The notes beneath the pieces are model-generated. The model saw nothing but the letters and a program-made list of their open reading frames with translations, was not told the DNA's origin and did no database searches. A stretch of 64,000 bases of DNA from Cyanobacteria bacterium OH_PDB_230 (GTDB lineage: Bacteria > Cyanobacteriota > Vampirovibrionia > Gastranaerophilales > Gastranaerophilaceae): positions 202,556 through 266,555 of the forward strand of contig JAEZSO010000001.1 of NCBI GenBank assembly GCA_023421795.1, in the 5' to 3' direction. Position 1 is the stretch's first letter; every line of letters begins with the position of its first letter. A program made the position numbers and the translations under genes. This document shows positions 59,258-64,000 of the stretch, piece by piece.

Positions 59258-59488
59258 ATGAAAATCAAAATCAAAGACGCAGTAAGGAAATTTAAAGGTT
59301 GGAGCTTGTATAAACTCGCGAAAGTTTTACAACTGCCTCAACAAACCATTTATTCATGGGCAAGCGGAAGAACTCAGCCTTCCTATGAAAACATGGACAG
59401 ACTATGTGAAGTTCTTGGCTGTAATGTTGAAGATTTATTTGAAGCAGAACCTGTTCAACATAAATTAAACCTGATAGTTAATAAGTAA
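59258..59488 (+). CDS. XRE-family helix-turn-helix transcriptional regulator
   Basis: 76 aa; 'WSLYKLAKVLQLPQQTIYSWASGRTQPSYENMDRLCEVLGCNVEDLF' is a Cro/C1-type HTH. Confidence 0.75.
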   Translation: MKIKIKDAVRKFKGWSLYKLAKVLQLPQQTIYSWASGRTQPSYENMDRLCEVLGCNVEDLFEAEPVQHKLNLIVNK

Positions 59489-60499
59489 CTATTGTTTTAA
59501 TTCGTATTGTTCTTCTTTCTTAAGTTTTCTGTTCATTAGTTTGTCTAAAACCTGGTCTGGTGTTATATCCGTATAAACTGCTTCATAAATGGCGCTTGAA
59601 ACAGGGACTTCCAATCCCAATTTTTCAGCCAGTTCGCATACTGCTTTTGACGTTTTTACACCTTCTGCAACCGAACCCAATTCGCTCAGGATATCATTTA
59701 TTTTCTTTCCTTGTCCAAGCATAGAGCCTACTGTGTAGTTTCTGCTCATAGGGCTTGAGCAAGTCGCGATTAAGTCACCCATTCCGGATAAACCGTATAA
59801 TGTTGATGGGTTAGCGCCAAGAGCCATACTTACTCTTACTATTTCAGCCATTCCTCTTGTTAAAAGAGCGCCCCTGCAGTTGTCGCCAAGTTTCATGGCA
59901 TCTGCAAACCCGGAGGCTATTGCTATTACGTTCTTTAAACTTCCGCCGAGTTCCACACCTATCATATCAGGATTAGTGTATAGTCTGAATTTACTTGGTA
60001 CGGTTAATTTTTCTTGGACAAGTTCTCCAACTTGCGCGTCGTCACTTGCGACAGAAGCTGCAGTCGGCAAGCCCATAAGAACCTCTTTAGCCAAGGTTGG
60101 GCCTGATAATACGGCAAGTTTAGATTCAGGCAGCTCTTCTTTTATTACTTCGGACATTCTCATAAGAGAAGGTAATTCGAGACCTTTTGATGTGTTAACA
60201 ATGATTTGCTCGTTTTTGAGTCCTGCTTCTTTTAATCTGATACAAACATCTCTTATGCCTGATGTTGCTATTACAATAAGTATTATGTCAGCATCTTTGA
60301 TTGCAAGGTTTAGGTCAGAAGTTATTTGAACCTTATCTTGAAGCTGAACTTCTAAAGGCCTGGTCGCCCTCTTGTTGTTTTTTAATTCATCAGAGATGTC
60401 TTGGTCTCTTCCCCAAACGCATACTTCGTCAAAATTATCTGTTAATAACCATGCTAAAGTAAGTCCCCAGCAACCTGCTCCTAAAACCGTTAATTTCAT
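59489..60499 (-). CDS. gpsA: NAD(P)H-dependent glycerol-3-phosphate dehydrogenase
   Basis: 'KLTVLGAGCWG', 'GPTLAKEV', 'GGSLKNVIAIASG' and 'SRNYTVG'. Confidence 0.93.
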   Translation of the reverse strand: MKLTVLGAGCWGLTLAWLLTDNFDEVCVWGRDQDISDELKNNKRATRPLEVQLQDKVQITSDLNLAIKDADIILIVIATSGIRDVCIRLKEAGLKNEQIIVNTSKGLELPSLMRMSEVIKEELPESKLAVLSGPTLAKEVLMGLPTAASVASDDAQVGELVQEKLTVPSKFRLYTNPDMIGVELGGSLKNVIAIASGFADAMKLGDNCRGALLTRGMAEIVRVSMALGANPSTLYGLSGMGDLIATCSSPMSRNYTVGSMLGQGKKINDILSELGSVAEGVKTSKAVCELAEKLGLEVPVSSAIYEAVYTDITPDQVLDKLMNRKLKKEEQYELKQ

Positions 60500-60545
60500 A
60501 ATAACTCCTTTGTCCCAACAATAATCGTTGCAATATAATTATAGT

Positions 60546-62015
60546 CTATACAGCGCTATTTGCAAAAACTTTTCTTGCTTCTTCCCTATCATCAAAATGT
60601 ATGGTTGCATCTTTGAGAATTTGGTAATCTTCGTGGCCTTTTCCTGCAAGGACTATGACATCATTCTTGTTGGCAATTGTTTTTGTAAATTTTATCGCTT
60701 CACTTCTGTCAGATTCTACAAAAATTCTTTGCGTATTTACAGATTTAATCCCTGTCATTATGTCAGATATTATGAGTTGAGGATCTTCACTTCTTGGGTT
60801 GTCTGAAGTTACTATTATTTTGTCTGCAAATTCATCTGCAATTTTGCCCATTTTTGGCCTTTTTGTCGCATCCCTGTCCCCGCCGCAACCGAATAAGCAA
60901 ATCAGATTACTGCCTTCCGGGGTAATTTCTCTTGCCGCTTTAAGAACGTTTTCAAGCCCGTCGGGTGTGTGGGCGTAATCTACTATTACAAGAGGTTCTT
61001 TATTTACTATTTCAAACCTTCCTGCAACACTTGGAGTTCTTTCAAGAGCAACTATACAGATTTCAGGGTTTATATCCATCGCAAGTCCTGTTGCAAAAGC
61101 AGCTAATGCGTTGTAGATGCTGAACATCCCGTTTAATTGAAGTTCAATCGGCTTTTCTTGATTTTTAAATGTAAAAGTACATTTTGCACCGTGGATAGAA
61201 AAATTAATATTTTTTGCCATAACATCTGAATCGTTTTTAACGCCGTAGGTGAATATTTTTACGCCTTCTGGAACAGTTTCGATAAATCTTTGGGCGTATT
61301 CATCATCCGCATTTATTACGGCAAAGTCGCCTTTTTTGAGGTTTCTGAAAAGCATCGCTTTGGATTCAAAATAATTGTTCATTGTTATGTGATAGTCCAA
61401 ATGGTCTTGGGTTAAGTTAGTGAATACTGCGCCATTAAATTCGCAGCCTCCGACTCTGTTCTGTTCAAGCGCATGAGAGCTTACTTCCATGACTATATTT
61501 GCTATAGAATTGTTTGCCATCATTCTTAAAGCCGCTTGCAGTTCAGGCGCCTGAGGCGTTGTGTGTTTTGCCTCTTTATATTCACTGTTGCTGTCTGTTT
61601 TATAACCCAATGTTCCTATAAGAGCACATTTTTGCCCGTTTTCTTCAATTATTCTTTGAACAAGGTGGGTGACGGTAGTTTTCCCGTTTGTCCCTGTTAT
61701 ACCTATTAAATTAATCTCTTTTGATGGGTAAGAATAAAATGCAGCAGCAACATCTGCGATTGTTGTTCTTGATGATTCTACAATTACCTGAGGAATTTTT
61801 ATGTCCAGTTCTTTTTCGCATAAAAGAGCTTTAGCCCCTTTTTCTACGGCCATTTTCGCGAATTGATGCCCGTCAGAATGCTCCCCTTTTAAACAAATAA
61901 ATAAATCGGAATCCTTTGTCGTTTTAGAATTGTAAGATAATCCTAAAATTTCCACATCTTCAAAATTCACTGTTTTATAGTTTGTTAACCCTTTTAGAAT
62001 CTCACTCAATAACAT
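60546..62015 (-). CDS. murE: UDP-N-acetylmuramoyl-L-alanyl-D-glutamate--2,6-diaminopimelate ligase
   Basis: 'GITGTNGKTT', 'MEVSSHAL', 'VVDYAHTPDG' and 'TSDNPRSEDP' (the DNPR motif indicates meso-DAP specificity). Confidence 0.93.
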   Translation of the reverse strand: MLLSEILKGLTNYKTVNFEDVEILGLSYNSKTTKDSDLFICLKGEHSDGHQFAKMAVEKGAKALLCEKELDIKIPQVIVESSRTTIADVAAAFYSYPSKEINLIGITGTNGKTTVTHLVQRIIEENGQKCALIGTLGYKTDSNSEYKEAKHTTPQAPELQAALRMMANNSIANIVMEVSSHALEQNRVGGCEFNGAVFTNLTQDHLDYHITMNNYFESKAMLFRNLKKGDFAVINADDEYAQRFIETVPEGVKIFTYGVKNDSDVMAKNINFSIHGAKCTFTFKNQEKPIELQLNGMFSIYNALAAFATGLAMDINPEICIVALERTPSVAGRFEIVNKEPLVIVDYAHTPDGLENVLKAAREITPEGSNLICLFGCGGDRDATKRPKMGKIADEFADKIIVTSDNPRSEDPQLIISDIMTGIKSVNTQRIFVESDRSEAIKFTKTIANKNDVIVLAGKGHEDYQILKDATIHFDDREEARKVFANSAV

Positions 62016-62019
62016 AAAT

Positions 62020-63756
62020 TTATCCCTTTTTTTCTTTTATTTTTATAGGCGCTTTTTTATCCGGTGTAATGTTTAAAATTCTTGCTGTCTGAAGTGCAAC
62101 TTCTCTAAAAATAGGAGCTGCAATTGTGCTTCCCCATACATCATATCCTGAAGCTGAGTCAACCACTACGTAAATAAGCACTTGAGGATTAGACGCCGGG
62201 AAAAAGCCGACTACAGATGTATATAATTTATTTGTATAGCCGATGCCGTTTTCCATTGTTTTTCTGGATGTCCCTGTTTTTGCGGCTACTGTGTAGTTAT
62301 CAAGTTTTACAGGCGACTTTGATGATTCAATACTTTGTGTCATCAATTTTGTTAAAGCCTGAGCCTTGTCTATTGAAATAACAGGAGTGGTTTTTATTTT
62401 TTCTAAAGCTTCTTCCTCTGAATATTTGATTACGTGAGGAGTCACCCTGTTGCCGTTATTTGCGAGGGCTGATACCGCTGAAGCCATTTGCATCACTGTA
62501 ACTGATGCGCCGTATCCATAGCCCATGGTTGCTTTTCTTGATTTGTCCCAAGTTTTTGGAGGCGGTAAAATACCGACAGATTCTCCAGGCAGATCTATTC
62601 CTGTTTTTTCACCGATACCGAACTTTTTCAATGTGTTATAATATTCGGTCGCAGTCATTGTCATTGCTACTTTTAAGCTTCCTACGTTACTTGAATGTTC
62701 CAGCAGATATTGTAAGTCAATCCAGCCAGGGAACGGTTTTTTGGCGTAATCGTAGTTTTTGATTTCCCAATTGTCTATTTTGATTTTACCGGTATCTAAA
62801 ATCTTGGATTCAGGCGTTATTCTGTTATTTTCTAGCGCTGATGCAACAGTCAAAACTTTAAATGTAGAACCAGGAGGGAATACATCGGTCAATGTCCAGT
62901 TTTTAATTTGGAGTGGGCTTGCTTCCTTGTATTTATTTGGGTTGTACGTAGGGTATACAGCATAGCCTAAGATTTCCCCGTTTCTGGGGTTCATCACTAC
63001 AACAGCGCCTCTAAGCGCTTTTTTCTCCCTGATTACTTTTAAAAGTTCTGATTCGCAAGAATGTTGAATCGCCGAATCGATTGTGAGCGTTACGGTCTTG
63101 CCTTTTAGTGGCGATGTTGTCATTGCAGGATCCGTCATGACATCATAGATAATGTCGCCGCTTGGTGTTTTTTCAAAATTTATGTCTTTTTCAACCTGTT
63201 CCAGCTTGTCTTTTGCAACCAACTCGACGCCTGCTGCAGTGTCGGCATCAGGGTTATAATACCCTAAAATATGAGCCGCCATGCTTTCCTGGGGATAAAC
63301 TCTTTCATTTTTCTTATCTAAGCTTATTTCTCTTAATCCAATCCCTTGGATTTTTTCAGCAGTTACTCTGTCTATATCTTTTTTCAACAAGATAATGCTT
63401 TGGTTTTTGGAAATGGTTTTTTCCAGGGTTTTAGCATTTATTTTAAGGTAAGGGGCAAGCAGTTCCGCCAATTCTTTTGGGGTATGGTCAAAATATTCTT
63501 TGTGCGCATAGATATTGTAAGAGGTTTGATCAGAAGCCAATTTTATGCCGTTTCGGTCAAGAATCGCGCCTCTCATAACAAAACTCTTGGCGCTTCTTTG
63601 TCTTTTGGCTTTCTTGCGATAGTGTTTTATGTCTACAACTTGTATTAGAAATAGGTGAGCTATAAGTAAAAAGGATAGAAATACGCAAAATGCTTGCCAT
63701 CCCCTTAATCTTCTGTCAAATTCCTTAAATTTCTCTTTTTCTGCGTCGCTTTTCAT
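62020..63756 (-). CDS. ftsI: Penicillin-binding protein (class B transpeptidase, FtsI/PBP2-like)
   Basis: N-terminal TM anchor with the SxxK motif 'GSTFKV', SxN 'HSSNVG' and KTG 'AKTGTS'. Position is upstream of murE in a dcw cluster. Confidence 0.9.
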   Translation of the reverse strand: MKSDAEKEKFKEFDRRLRGWQAFCVFLSFLLIAHLFLIQVVDIKHYRKKAKRQRSAKSFVMRGAILDRNGIKLASDQTSYNIYAHKEYFDHTPKELAELLAPYLKINAKTLEKTISKNQSIILLKKDIDRVTAEKIQGIGLREISLDKKNERVYPQESMAAHILGYYNPDADTAAGVELVAKDKLEQVEKDINFEKTPSGDIIYDVMTDPAMTTSPLKGKTVTLTIDSAIQHSCESELLKVIREKKALRGAVVVMNPRNGEILGYAVYPTYNPNKYKEASPLQIKNWTLTDVFPPGSTFKVLTVASALENNRITPESKILDTGKIKIDNWEIKNYDYAKKPFPGWIDLQYLLEHSSNVGSLKVAMTMTATEYYNTLKKFGIGEKTGIDLPGESVGILPPPKTWDKSRKATMGYGYGASVTVMQMASAVSALANNGNRVTPHVIKYSEEEALEKIKTTPVISIDKAQALTKLMTQSIESSKSPVKLDNYTVAAKTGTSRKTMENGIGYTNKLYTSVVGFFPASNPQVLIYVVVDSASGYDVWGSTIAAPIFREVALQTARILNITPDKKAPIKIKEKKG

Positions 63757-63840
63757 TATTTAAATTACTTCCGTATGTATAAAGAATAGCACAAGAAAAA
63801 TGTGAAATAAATTATGTAATCATTCTTAAAAAGATACTAA

Positions 63841-64000
63841 TTAATAACCGATAGACCACTTGTATGGAAGGTCGTTGTTGTTTGATATCAGTGTTTTTGA
63901 ATCTTTGATTGTTGATGTGGCCGCAGGAACTTCAATAACTTGTTTGGCTGTGTTTAAAAGGTTGCTTCTTCTTACAGCAAGATCAACATTATTATATGAA
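63841..64000 (-). CDS. 3' end of a small cell-division-type ORF (FtsL-like by position); 5' end lies outside the window
   Basis: The minus frame is open to the window edge and reads '...NVDLAVRRSNLLNTAKQVIEVPAATSTIKDSKTLISNNNDLPYKWSIGY*'. It sits just upstream of ftsI, where ftsL normally lies. Confidence 0.35.
   Translation of the reverse strand, partial: SYNNVDLAVRRSNLLNTAKQVIEVPAATSTIKDSKTLISNNNDLPYKWSIGY

Noticed and set aside
59880-60329. 149-aa plus-strand ORF antisense to gpsA; similar antisense ORFs lie inside clpC (54219-54563, 55401-55649, 55746-56024), gyrA (46625-46921), murE (60528-60806) and ftsI (63162-63648)
   Set aside because: All lie entirely within strongly supported genes on the opposite strand. 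Their S/P/A/L-rich, low-complexity composition is typical of antisense translation.

Overview
AT-rich chromosomal segment from a diderm, probably flagellated bacterium. Evidence for LPS and an outer membrane is lpxK, a GT9 heptosyltransferase, lptC/lptA and mlaEFD; evidence for flagella is fliW-csrA. The phylum cannot be fixed from sequence alone: ClpC, FliW-CsrA, ispH-rpsA, TspO, UvdE and a pseudopilin-like gene fit a Melainabacteria-like or other AT-rich diderm lineage (weak inference). Most of the window is housekeeping: pgpH-ybeY-dgkA-acpS, smpB, dnaX, ldcA, an oppF-like ATPase, mlaEFD-lpxK-GT9, ispH-rpsA, yidD, gyrA, lipA, a beta-carbonic anhydrase, clpC, fliW-csrA, gpsA and the dcw genes murE-ftsI-(ftsL). 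Two accessory regions stand out. (1) A mosaic surface-glycan island of about 20 kb (17.2-37.4 kb) carries five glycosyltransferase-type genes, a TupA-like ATP-grasp, an AsnB-like amidotransferase, a pyruvyl-transferase fusion, an SDR epimerase, one small radical-SAM gene and a tandem pair of B12-binding radical-SAM paralogues with a non-canonical Cx4Cx2C motif. (2) A 2.4-kb integrase-less islet sits at tRNA-Phe, bounded by 75-bp direct repeats, and carries one AIPR-family (abortive-infection-type) gene whose 5' end has an unusual out-of-frame SD+ATG. Other unexplained items are a convergent pair of paralogous small radical-SAM genes, an in-frame 6 x 99-bp tandem repeat inside a GT8 gene, two unannotated small ORFs with good Shine-Dalgarno sites, and a structured duplicated intergenic region with an orphan terminator. 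No rRNA, CRISPR array, transposase or integrase was seen.
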